From NCBI GenBank assembly GCA_905331295.1, contig CAJNYD010000214.1:124001-147731 (forward strand): 23,731 bases of DNA. Direction: 5' to 3'. The notes beneath the pieces are model-generated. The model worked only from the letters and a program-made list of their open reading frames with translations. It was not told the origin of the DNA and did not search any database. Each line of letters starts with the position of its first letter. Within the stretch, counting starts at the first letter, position 1. The position numbers and the translations under genes are program-made. This document shows, piece after piece, positions 1 to 11,292 of this stretch. Origin of the DNA: Rotaria socialis (lineage: Eukaryota).

Positions 1-1925
1 TTTTTCACCGAAAACTAAAATAAAAAATGTCGGATATAATTGATATCAAGGAAATACACTGAAAAAACTTCTTTCAATAGAATCTGATTTTTAGTCTATT
101 ATGAAACATTAATTATTGATTAGTTCGTTTCGTCGGCAAATAATAATTATTTAAAGCATCGATTTTTCAATCGTATCATTTGCTTCTTCTTTTTTTATTG
201 AGATAAAATATTTATATTCAATCATAGTTGACGAAACATTTCTATCCATCTCTCGAGATCCTGTTTGTCTATAAAGAATTCTAGTGGCTAGATGTAGATC
301 TGAAAGAAGAAGAAGAAAAACAAAATCAAGAAATCTAGCTTATCTTATTGCCTAAATTTGTTTCGCTGACTGGAAATTTAATGGTTTTGACTTGATCGAT
401 TGTGTCTATAAGAAATCACAATCGTGTTTTTTTATTCTACATTATTCTCGTACCCTTTTTTCTTGTCTACTTCTCCTATCGACATTTGTATATACGACCG
501 ATTGGATGATATTATAAAAATTAATAGACGATAGAATACTACTGACATTATCAGCCATCGATGGCGGCGTGCTAGACATGTTGATTTTTGCTTTATTTCG
601 GATTACATAGGAGTATCTAGCAAGAGTAAGTATGAATGAGTGGATTCGTTCCATTATCTTTTTGCTATTTATTAAGAAAAAAAATTGAACTGAAAATTTT
701 TCATCTGGTAACACGTGATATCCTTCGAATCCGATTTTTGCTTGACGTTTTGCTGTCGACTAAATAGAGAGTTTGCTTTTCAAATCAATATTTCTACATA
801 AAACATAGAGATTATATCAATTCATTTAATTAAAAGAAATCAACAGCTATTATTTTGTTTTCCTTTCGTATTCATGGCAGAAAAATGGTCTTTTTCCTTG
901 TAGTACTATAAAAACAATAAAAAAGAAGATAAATAAATATTTGATCAATAATAGTTTAGTTTGAAGAAAAGTTGTCATAGTCTGATAGTAGCACGAGAAA
1001 CCATTATTTATATATAGAAATACGAGCGTTAAGAAATATGCTTTTTTGAGCATTAAACGTGATAACAAACAGCTATATTGTAGATTCTCATGGAAGAAGA
1101 GTAAGGAAATTATAAACATTTCTTGACAGGAACTGACGTGTTGATAGTTTTCCAACAAGCATAGAAACTTGGTAGAGGATTAACAAAAGAAAAGTGAAGA
1201 TTTGAAATAGAAATAAATGAGTCCCGGTTATTATTATGCATGACAATGTTAGAAAGCAATCTATTTTTGGATTTCATCTGAGCTAGTGATACTTTTTTTC
1301 TAGCACTCAATATCATTTTATAATGTCACAAAAGCTAGGAAGTTTGAATTAGAGGACACTCACATGTTTCTAATACATTTTTTATGCCAGAAAAAAGTAA
1401 CAAATGGTGTGGTAAATATAAGAAAATGAGAAAATAATATTAAATTTCATATTCAACCATGAGGAAAAAATTTCTAATCTCCTAGAAAAGAAAAGAATTG
1501 TTTTGTCGCATTGAATTAAAATAAAAGTCTTATTAAATTTCATGCTTTCTTTCTTCTTGAACTTTTATTAGATTCTATTAACGTTGACTTTTTCTATATT
1601 AAAGTCAGATATTTTTATAGCTCTAAAATAGACCTACATAATTTATCGGTTGAATAACGCAATAGTCATTGTTCAGGCGGAAATTCTGATATATAAAAGT
1701 ATTTCATGTATGCTCTCTTTTTTTTCTTCTTTCTATACTTTTCACGTTCAGTGAAAGCGGATAGAACGCTTTGCACTTATTGTTTCTATCGTTTTTTCTT
1801 TTTCTTTCTCTCTGGGGTTCTAATAGCGAAAAACAAAATGTAAAGAAGATATTTTGGTTTTAAGAAAAATACAACAAAGAAAATATTAGTTAGAACTGTT
1901 TTTTGCTTTGTTTTACAGTTTCAGA

Positions 1926-2570
1926 ATGGCCGAACACATCGACAAAAATCGACTTGATACTGATCTTCGTTATCGTTTCGAGTATTTATCGAAATTTTTA
2001 AATTTTACTTCGAATGATATCACGATGCTTAATACATTTGCCCCAATACTTTTTCCACGTATTCCGGTTATTGCCGATACTGTTTATAGAAAATTATTTT
2101 CATTCGACATAACTAAAAATTATTTTCTAATGAATAATGAAGGCTTCGAAGGTTTTTTACCTAAGAAACAAAGTACTATAACATTGGAATCAGCGCAAAT
2201 GTCATTTCGTAAAGATATGTTAAGTATGTATTTAAAACGTGTTTTGACGCAGCGCGATTGGAATGACACATTTCTTCAATATTTATCTCAAGTGGGAAAA
2301 ATGCATACACATAAAGCTGGCGCCGCATCAATTAATGTTGACTACACACATATAAACGCATTACTTGGCTATTTAGAACATTTATTAATTGATATTTTAT
2401 GGAATGCAGATAATTTCGATGATAAAACACGACAAGCAATTGTCATGGCAGTAAATAAATTTTTTTGGATACAAAACGATTTCTTTACAATGCATTATTT
2501 ATCAACATGGAAAGAGAATCCAACGTCAACTGAAACAACAGTAAAAGAAAAGAAATATTGTTGCATATAA
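1926..2570 (+). CDS. Single-domain sensor globin / protoglobin-family (fungoglobin-like) heme protein, 214 aa, no coding introns
   Basis: The first ATG is at 1926; the ORF-track start at 1908 is a TTG inside a pyrimidine tract ending TTTTACAG, a probable 5'UTR splice acceptor. The sequence has motifs I recall from fungal/bacterial protoglobin-domain proteins: 'DLRYRFEYLSKFLNFTSNDI', 'VYRKLFSFDIT', 'RKDMLSMYL', 'YLSQVGKMH' (candidate proximal His), 'INVDYTHINALLGY', 'AVNKFFWIQNDFFTMHY'. Stop TAA at 2568-2570. Confidence 0.88.
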   Translation: MAEHIDKNRLDTDLRYRFEYLSKFLNFTSNDITMLNTFAPILFPRIPVIADTVYRKLFSFDITKNYFLMNNEGFEGFLPKKQSTITLESAQMSFRKDMLSMYLKRVLTQRDWNDTFLQYLSQVGKMHTHKAGAASINVDYTHINALLGYLEHLLIDILWNADNFDDKTRQAIVMAVNKFFWIQNDFFTMHYLSTWKENPTSTETTVKEKKYCCI

Positions 2571-3393
2571 ATCATTATCATTTATTGTTTTTATTTTTGT
2601 TTATTTTCACTTTGAATGAAAACATCATTCACAAGATTCTGTTTTATTGATTGATTAACGAATAAGTTTGCGTTTTGTTCTTCATGAAGTGAAAAGAATA
2701 TTAACAAAATAATGATTATATCTAGAGATGAAGGAGCTTCTTTCTTTTTTTTATGTAGAAAAAGGAGATAATTTTGTTTTGTTTCTTGTGTAAAGTTGTA
2801 TCTTGTTCCTTTTTTTTTTATTAGAAATAAAACGAAAATATGATCGAGAGAATTGGATAATAAAATTTTTGAGAATAAAATTTTTCGTTGTCTGGTGCAG
2901 AATAAATAAAATTCTGTGTAGGCTTAATTTATCAATGTGTGGTACCAAGAAAGAGTAATAGAGAATTCTTTGAAGTATTATATAACCGAATTAACCGTTA
3001 CGTACGACTATATTGACTTAAAATACTCTGAATAGAATAAGTATATTTATTGACATACTTTATGAGATCCTTCGGCGAGCATACTTATAAACTATTAATT
3101 TAAACAAATTCCGGCACTTGCATCGGTTCTCAAACAAACAGATCTATCACAATAAAAATATTAGAAAAGAAAAATTTCTGTGTCACTTTTTCATGCATAT
3201 ATGAATAGAATTTATATGTACATACGTACAATGTGTATGCTTTAGTTTGGCTTCGATTTTCAACTAATACATATGCTTCCTAAATTCATCCATATCGATA
3301 TGACGTGCAGATTTTAAAATATTCTCTTTATGTTTCAAACAGTATTCGATCACAGTTATAACAGCAACGAATACAAAGGCAAATACAAAAACG

Positions 3394-4994
3394 ATGAGTC
3401 AAGATATGATTGACGATGAAGGTAAAATATTTGATTGACTATTTCTTTTGTACATAATGATATATGATTACTTCACAGAAGTAATCACGATATTCTTTGA
3501 CATTTTTCCTTTTTTTTTGATAGAGTCATGTCAACGTAAGAAGAAGAAGAAGAAGAGAGCAATATGGATACCGATATAATAGTCAAAGAAACTACATGAA
3601 ATTAGTCAAAATAGAAGATACCAATTGAAAAGCAGTGTATAATTTTAAGAATAGAAAAGACTTCGACTTTCTTCATCTATCAGCATGAAGTATTCTACTA
3701 AAATATAAATGTGTAGCGTAGATGGATGCATGTAGTCAAGGGCGAAGTATTTCTTCTTCTTCTTTTTTTTTTCACTAAATTTAAGAAATAAGAGTAGGAA
3801 GAAAAACAACTCATTTAACAGAAAAAATCTTGAAATTTATCTTGACTTGACCAATCGTTGGAAAGTTTTTTTTTATTTCTTCAGCATTTTCTTTTTTCAA
3901 TTAAATTGAAGTGGACCAACTCTCGATAGAAATATTATGCGGGTATATATATATATATTTCTTTGTCTTCAGTTTTGTCCGACACTAAATCAAGTGCATC
4001 ATCACGTCGTGCTAGTTCGATTAGTTCTCATATGGCATCTAATAATGCGCGACTACGACGTAATAGTGTTCTGGGACGTCAATTATCAATACTAGATATA
4101 AATGACAATAAAACAACTAAACAGCAAACACCAGTCAAAGTACTTGTTGTCAATGGTAAATGCTCTGACATATTCAAATCAACATTAGAAGATTGTGTTG
4201 AAGAGTGTGTATTAGAATTCACAGGTGAGAATTCAATTTATGTACAAAAACCAGGGCAAACAGTACAACTACCAGCTCGTAGTAGACAAGTTTCGTCATT
4301 GTCCTTAAAAGAGCCAACTTCTAATATACTTCCATCATCAAGATTTCAACGTCGACGAAGTTCGATAAATCCATGTAGTTTACCACCAATCAGCAGTGTA
4401 CGTACTAGTCAAAGTGGTAATTTTTCATTACCAATTACAACTTTAACATCGGCACCTACATCGCGTATGCGCCATCAATTCAATCAACCGAAATTCTCTC
4501 TCGTAGAAAATATAACTGAAGAATCAACCGATATTCAAACAATAATTGAACAAACACAAACTCAAGTAACAAATGAAACAGACTCCGACTTTGCACATGC
4601 ATCTCCAGAGGAAAGATTAGCCCGCCAATCGAATGTTGATAGCCTATCTCAAACAGTTTCAAATTCCAATCGGCAAAGTTCATCAACTCAAAATAAAATG
4701 TCATATCGTGATCGTCAAAAAGGTTATCGTCTTTCCGATTTAGTAATGCTAGGTCCGGAGTATTTTGCTCATGTATTTAATCTTCCGCGTACAACACGAT
4801 ATCCAACGGAAGCATCATCTAGACAACGTTCAAGTAATCAACAAAGAAAAAATAAAACCGATGAAAAAAATAATGATCTTGATCGAATAAAACAAGATCT
4901 ATTTCATCGATATTTATGGACACAACAGCCACAAGTATCATGCCGTATTCGACCAATAACAAGCTATGCACGTAGTACAACGTTTGTCATTTAA
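3394..4994 (+). CDS. Uncharacterised Ser/Arg/Thr/Gln-rich, largely disordered protein, 349 aa, 2 exons
   Basis: Exon 1 is 3394-3421 (ATG...MSQDMIDDE-G|GTAAAA) and the intron is 3422-3972 (ends TTTGTCTTCAG). Exon 2 is 3973-4994. The phase-1 join gives GTT in frame with the long ORF (MSQDMIDDEVLSDTKSS...), total 1050 nt. It has several RRxS motifs and a more ordered C-terminal part ('YRLSDLVMLGPEYF', 'DLDRIKQDLFHRYLWTQQPQVSCRIRP'). No family recognised. Confidence 0.75.
3538..3555 (+). repeat. (AAG)6 microsatellite inside the intron of the 3394-4994 gene
   Basis: Read directly: aagaagaagaagaagaag. Confidence 0.8.
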
Positions 4995-6139
4995 ATAGTT
5001 TTCTTTTTTTCTCGAGAAAAACTATGTCAATCAGAAATTCTTTTTCATATTGCTTTTATTCTGCTCACTTGAATGGACAAATATGTTCGGTGTATAAATA
5101 ACTCTGCAGGAGAGTATGTTACATTAATGTCTATGATCATGAGAAATAGAGAAAAATCAATTTTGGTTCACTTTTATTCTAAAAAAATGAGAGAATAAAA
5201 AAATTAAAAAAATTTTCTTCTAATAGACTTTTATTGCCCAAAGAGTTATGTTGTATTTGTATTTCTTAATAATAAAAATTAGAATTTCTTCAATTAATAT
5301 TACACTAAATTTATCTTTCATATGCTTTTATGAATAGAATAACGTATTCATCAAACAAATATATATATATATACATGCATAAGAAAATAAAGGCTACATG
5401 TAATTAATACTCCAAGGACCTACTTTTGATGTATATGCCAATTGGTTTTTATGGAAACTGTTTGATTCTGATCGATTTTGACCGTATCAAAAAGAATGAA
5501 TTACTCACGAAAAAAGAATTCTCGTAGGAAAAATATGTTTCGTTGGTTTTGATAATTTTGGTTTGAAAAGCACTGCTAATGTCAATTAGATCTATTCCGG
5601 TATCCTTGTACTAATCGATTTGACATGATCTCTCGGTACAATTATAAAGGTTTATTTAGATGTTTAATCTTCTTAAATTTGGCTATTTGTGTTAACCATG
5701 AAAAAAATCATGTTTGAAAAGGAACTACTTTTGTATCGTGCATCAGAAATTCTTCACTACCGAATTATAATTTTAGCGGGTTGTTTTAAATTCTTTAATC
5801 TAGCCAAATTTCAGATGTTCTCTAATGAAGGTCATTATTTAGAAGTTTACAACTATATTTTCACATAAGATCTTGTTGTGTCAAATAATTCCTGTAGACA
5901 ATATGTTTAAAAATAGCATAGATTTAGTGGAGATTTAGAAGTGTGAACAGACCTTATCTTTATTCTTAGAATCATATAAATAGAGGCTTTTGCCGACTAG
6001 ACTGAAGCAAAAAAGGAACTAATAACAAAGCTTAAACATATGAGTAACAATACAATTGACGTAGAAAGTTGAGAAAAATGAGTAGAAATATAAGTTATTA
6101 GTGTTTCTTGTTTTGTTTTTGTATAAAAAGGCACATTCT

Positions 6140-7896
6140 TTAATCTTCAATAACATCATAACTGCTAATATTTTGTTTTGAACATTGACGTTTTATAATA
6201 CATATTGTTGCAATCAATGCAACTGTGACTGGCAAAGCAAGACTAACGATAAGTGCAATAGTAACAAATTTCTTTATTGAATCTACTTCAAGTATTTCTA
6301 AACCAGCCGTCAATTGAATAAATGTATAATTTGATTTAGCGAAAAAACCTATAATATCAAATGATTAACTAAAATTTCTGCGAACATCAACATACCATCT
6401 TTTGGTTGACCCAATGAAATATTGAAAGCCGATACATACGGTTTAGAATAGAGACTATTAAAGATTCCTTGATCAATAGAGGGTGTAAGTGTTACATTGT
6501 TTTTTAAACCATAAATTTCCATCAAAGTAGTTTTTTCTACTTTTCGATCAACACCTTGATATACAACAGGTTTCCACAGCATCGACGATGGATAAATCGA
6601 ACTCAACGATTGTATTTGCCATACATTGAAAATACCTTTGAAAATGAAAGAAATTCAATTTGAAATGTACAACTACCGAGTTGCGACGTCATAAGATAAA
6701 AATTTATACAGGAAGTGAAACCCTCTAGTCGTATATGCAGTGGTGATGCATACTCATTAGATTACGCTTCTAGAGAGGCTCAAAGTTTTCTAAAAAAATC
6801 TACGCCATTTGGCTATGCTACTCATAAAGAGAATTAATCATGTAATATAATTAAACTAAAATGTTGTTAATTGCAGTTTATGCCATTAGGCAACTAATGG
6901 ACTATTCCTAGTGACGTAAAAGTACTGTTTTTCCCATTGTACGAATGACCTTCTTTTCTATGGCGAGCGAGCACATTTTCTATCAAGTAAATAATTACAA
7001 AAGAGATTTTTCAGAATCATTTTGAAGATTGACATTTGATGGACAGCAGTGTCATTTGTAATTTCAAAACATTCATAAAAGATTGATACCTATTGAAATG
7101 AAATTCTCTATATACCTGGTGTATATTGATCATCGATATATTTCGAGGAAGAAAAGTGAGTTCCTTCGATACCCAATTGTATGATATAAAATTCCAAAGC
7201 AAATCGTGTGTTTGGTAATGTATAATTATCTGCTTTCAACGCTATATTAAGAAAATAGCTTTTTGGTGTTGAAAGTAATTTTGGAAACTTTAAATCCCTC
7301 ATTGATTCACCGGGATAATTTATATCTACATTTAGAACACCATTAATCTTAAAAAAAATGAAAAAAAAATTCTTCTTAAAATTAAAACCCAAACTATCAA
7401 TACCTACGTTATCTAATGGTAAATGAAATGATGGCTGATTTGTATTATTATCTTGACGAGTTGTATTAGTTTTTAATCCATTTAACCAATAGGATTCTGT
7501 TGTAATATCGTCATCATTTAACCGACCTGTATCATCTCTATCATTAAATTTAATTAATCGTCGAATAATTAATGAGAATGAATTTAACGGTGTTGTGCCT
7601 TCAAATACGATAGAATTTGAATATTGTTTACTAAATAATGCTGTATAATTAATATATGGCTCATAGCCTTTTTTTGTTTGAATAATACTAATTGTTAATT
7701 CATCGAATGATGAGTAGAATATATGAATTGTATCATTAGCAATAAAATGATTTGCATAAAATAAAGCCGGAAAACCAGAAGTTTCACATTGAATTAAATT
7801 ACAGCCAGGATTGATTATAAACGGAATGGATGAATGAGTAGCTCTTGAAAAATATATCAGTAAAACTAAACAAATAATATAATGATAAGAAATCAT
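6140..7896 (-). CDS. GLMP: Glycosylated lysosomal membrane protein (GLMP / NCU-G1 family), 389 aa, 4 exons
   Basis: Minus-strand exons are 7896-7408, 7347-7116, 6635-6396 and 6348-6140. The GT-AG introns are 60, 480 and 47 nt, and the total is 1170 nt in frame. It has an N-terminal signal peptide, several N-x-S/T sequons, family motifs 'IINPGC', 'IDDQYTPGIF', 'MLWKPVVY', 'FNISLGQPKDGFFAKSNY', a C-terminal TM helix (FVTIALIVSLALPVTVALIATICII) and a YxxPhi lysosomal sorting signal 'SYDVIED*'. Confidence 0.88.
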
Positions 7897-9832
7897 TATA
7901 GAATATATCCAAAAAGAGTAACGGTATCTGAAACGACAAATTTAAATCAGATTTTCCATAGTCTAATAATCATCGTTAAGTGTACGGTTAACAAACTATC
8001 TGCTACTAAGAGTGAAGTCATATGTGACTTGATAAGGATAATTTGTTCTCTCATTCTTCAATTAAATCACGTTATTGGAAGATTTACAAGAGAAAAATGA
8101 TTACTTAGGCAAATAGAACATACCCTATAATAATTTGACTGAATCTTTTTCATTAAATTACATGTCATATTGATTTAATTCATGATCGATATGATATATG
8201 ACAGACCTTGAGAATTAACAATCAACCATGCAGGCTATGCGATTAAGTCTCAACGAAAAATGTTTCACAGAAAAACATTAAATGCATCATTTTTTGGTCG
8301 AATGAATGAAGAAATTCGTTAACAATTTACTATATTAAATTTTTCATTGTTAAATTGAAGTAGATAATTATCACATTTGAATGTGTATGCACTTTTTTCT
8401 GTTGGCATGAGTAGACCTTTCAGTAAGATTAAAAAAATTCTTTAGCAAAACGAAGTGGTTGAAAACCTATGAAATCATTTCTTTGTCAACATTTGAAAAG
8501 GCATAATTCGGATGATTAATATACAATGCATAACAGTCGTTATATTTCTCAAGAGACTCTGCAGAAGTGTTTAAATATTCATTATACGAGCGGAAGAAAA
8601 CTAGATGTGAATAGAATATTGTTGATTTTAATTAAAATATTGAGTTGTAGTAAATGCCATTGAGACAAGTGAACGAACTCTCAATCAAACAAAGCAATGT
8701 GTGAAGGAGGTCGATTCATAGCGCATTTAAAAATTCATGATTTGAAAAAAAAAGATTTTTTTTTATATAGTTCTAAAAGAAACACAGTCTTTTTCTTAAT
8801 AGAAAAAAAAAGGTTTTTGATTATTTTAGATACGAAATTAATGAGGTAAAAAATCGATATTCACATTTCTGTAGTATCTAAAGGACTATTGAGACGTGAC
8901 ACTATGTTTTTAGCTGCTGCTTCCAAAAGCTTTCTTCCTCCCTAATTATATGCAAAATAAAAGTGAACTCTTATAATATTATGTAGGAATAGCAAGATTT
9001 ATTATTACTAACATATGGAAATTAAATATTTAGACTTTTTCTTTGAAGAAAACCTCATTAAAAAAACACTTACTCGACAAACACAAAAGTCAAAAATAAA
9101 AACGATATCGAATTAAGGTTGAACTATGGTGACCTTGCACTTATTTATAGTGATTATCATTTCCAGCAACTGAAGATAATCTATCTATAACTGTTAGCGC
9201 ACTTAATCGTCTGTAGTTTCTAAGTAGTATCTTCTATCTAAATTGAATATCGATTTCCAGTACAAGACTGGGAGTAACTTGCCTTTAGATCTATAAAAAC
9301 AATAATTCACTTTTCGAACATCTCACAGTAGTGGATTCTCTTTATCGCTGACAGCATCAATGCATAAAAATAATTCTAACATTCCAATCGCAAGATGTTA
9401 CTCTGAATAACTCATACTTTTGACTAATAAAATCTTGCATAACTCTAATAAAGCGGTACTACTCTAAGACTTCAAAATCAGAATTATAATTACGAAAGTT
9501 TAATTTAATTCTATATTCGATCATTGGAATATAAATTCATGAAACGTCTTTTCTGCGACTATTTTAAACTTTGAATTCATTTTCTTTTACGTTATCCAAA
9601 TATTTTATACAATCGCTTATCGAATTTTTTCATTCATCAATGTATTTTAATATCTTGCAAATGAAATTTGTAAATCATAAACTCTGAAATTTAGAATAGA
9701 AATACTTATTTCGTATACAAAGAAAAACAAATAATGTAACACCTGACTTTAATTTTTGGTATTGCATATGAGAATGATAAAAAATAAATTTAACAAGAAA
9801 TAGCACATGTACAAATAAGAAAAAGATTCGAA

Positions 9833-10537
9833 TTAATAATTTTGTGGTTTCAAGTAAGTCCGATTTTCATTAAATTCTGTCCATAAAATGCGAGGCCCAT
9901 AATAATCAACAATATAGTGTGAACCATCGGCCGGTGTGAGAACTTGAAGTGCAATTAATCTTAAATATACAAAATAATTTTTATTTTTCATCTAATTCAA
10001 GTGTACTTACAAAAAATCGACCAGAGTACCAACGAACATAAAACCACACGTAAATAATTTCAACAAACCGCTAACATAATATCCCAAATAAATTCGATCA
10101 ATACCAAAAATGCCTAAGAAAAATAAAATAAAATGAAAAATTATTCAAATGAAATTTGTCAGTTTAATACCTAAAAACAATGATAAAATTAATGTTGTAC
10201 GATAATATTTTCCATTTGTCCATCGACATGATTTACGTCTTTCGAAAATATATCCATCGAGAGTTTCATTATAAATGCCTCCTTGACATATTATTTTCGG
10301 AGCTGTATAACAACTAATAGGAGCTGTATCAATATATTCTTCTTCACCGTTCAATAGAAAAGGGTGTCGTTCACAACCGACAGGTTCTTGTGTTTTTTCA
10401 TCGATTTTTGGATGTTGACAACGATATTGTCCCACACGTAAATCAGCACATTTAATATTGATCTGTTTTTGTTTTTTCGCAATCGATAAATCAAATAGAT
10501 TTATGATTAGAAATGAAGACAAGATAGGAAACAGCAT
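9833..10537 (-). CDS. TM2D1: TM2 domain-containing protein 1 (beta-amyloid binding protein-like), 198 aa, 3 exons
   Basis: Minus-strand exons are 10537-10171, 10113-10011 and 9959-9833, with GT-AG introns of 57 and 51 nt. It has a signal peptide, a Cys-rich ectodomain 'CADLRVGQYRCQHPKIDEKTQEPVGC', and a TM2 domain 'WTNGKYYRTTLILSLFLGIFGIDRIYLGY..GLLKLFTCGFMFVGTLVDFLLIALQVLTPADGSHYIVDYYGPR' that closely resembles TM2D1. Confidence 0.92.
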
Positions 10538-11292
10538 GCATATACAATAATCTAAAGATTAATTTGTTTGAAAAACACGTGAAAATGAAACTACTAGTGT
10601 GTAGATAGATAGAATTAATCTGGTAGTCAGTTGTGATGCATAAATGGACGAATCCCTGTCTACATGCCTTGATAGATTGCGCTACATGTCGATGTTTAGT
10701 CAAAGAATTAATAAACGCCATGTACATAGTCGCTAACGAATGTCGAGGGAAAATAGAATATGAAGAATTTTAAAACAAAAATGTAATTTAAACTTCATGT
10801 TCATTACATCCGTGCGAACGCTTTCTTTCTTTTCTAATGAAATATCACTAGTAAAACTCGTCGACGAAAATTCAGTATACTATCCAACGATCAAAAAAAG
10901 AAAAGATCTTTTTATGAAAACAAATTCTGATTGATATATTTAATAATTATCACATGGTCCCTTAACGCCTCACAAAATCGAATCAAATAGTGCCAAAAAA
11001 AACAGAAAATAAATAAGATTAATATTAATTCAACGAACAAAAAACAAAGCAAAAAACAATTCTTTTACCTTTTCGAATTGAACATTAGAAAAAAATTCAC
11101 ATGTGATTTATCAAAGTATTTTCAAGGCATAACAATATTATGTAAAAAGAAAAACTGATAAACAAGATATCTGATAGAATCTAACAATAAACTTTCATAG
11201 AAAGATAAATGTGTACTCATTATGAACCCAATAGTATAATTTAGAGCTATTACGATTTATTTGTATACGACTGTTTTTGCTATTGCCTCTAT

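Noticed and set aside
850..1316. ORF-track ORFs 850-1158 and 1110-1316 (-)
   Set aside because: Low-complexity F/L/I/K-rich translations typical of chance ORFs in AT-rich intergenic DNA, with no motif or splice-consistent model.
4480..4704. Antisense ORF inside the 3394-4994 gene, and similar shadow ORFs at 7017-7202, 11469-11738 and 11556-11753
   Set aside because: They overlap well-supported genes in other frames or strands and have no independent coding signal.
5408..5613. Possible small MITE bounded by TACTCCAAGGA ... TCCTTGTACTA
   Set aside because: The inverted match is short and imperfect and cannot be distinguished from chance without genome-wide copy data.
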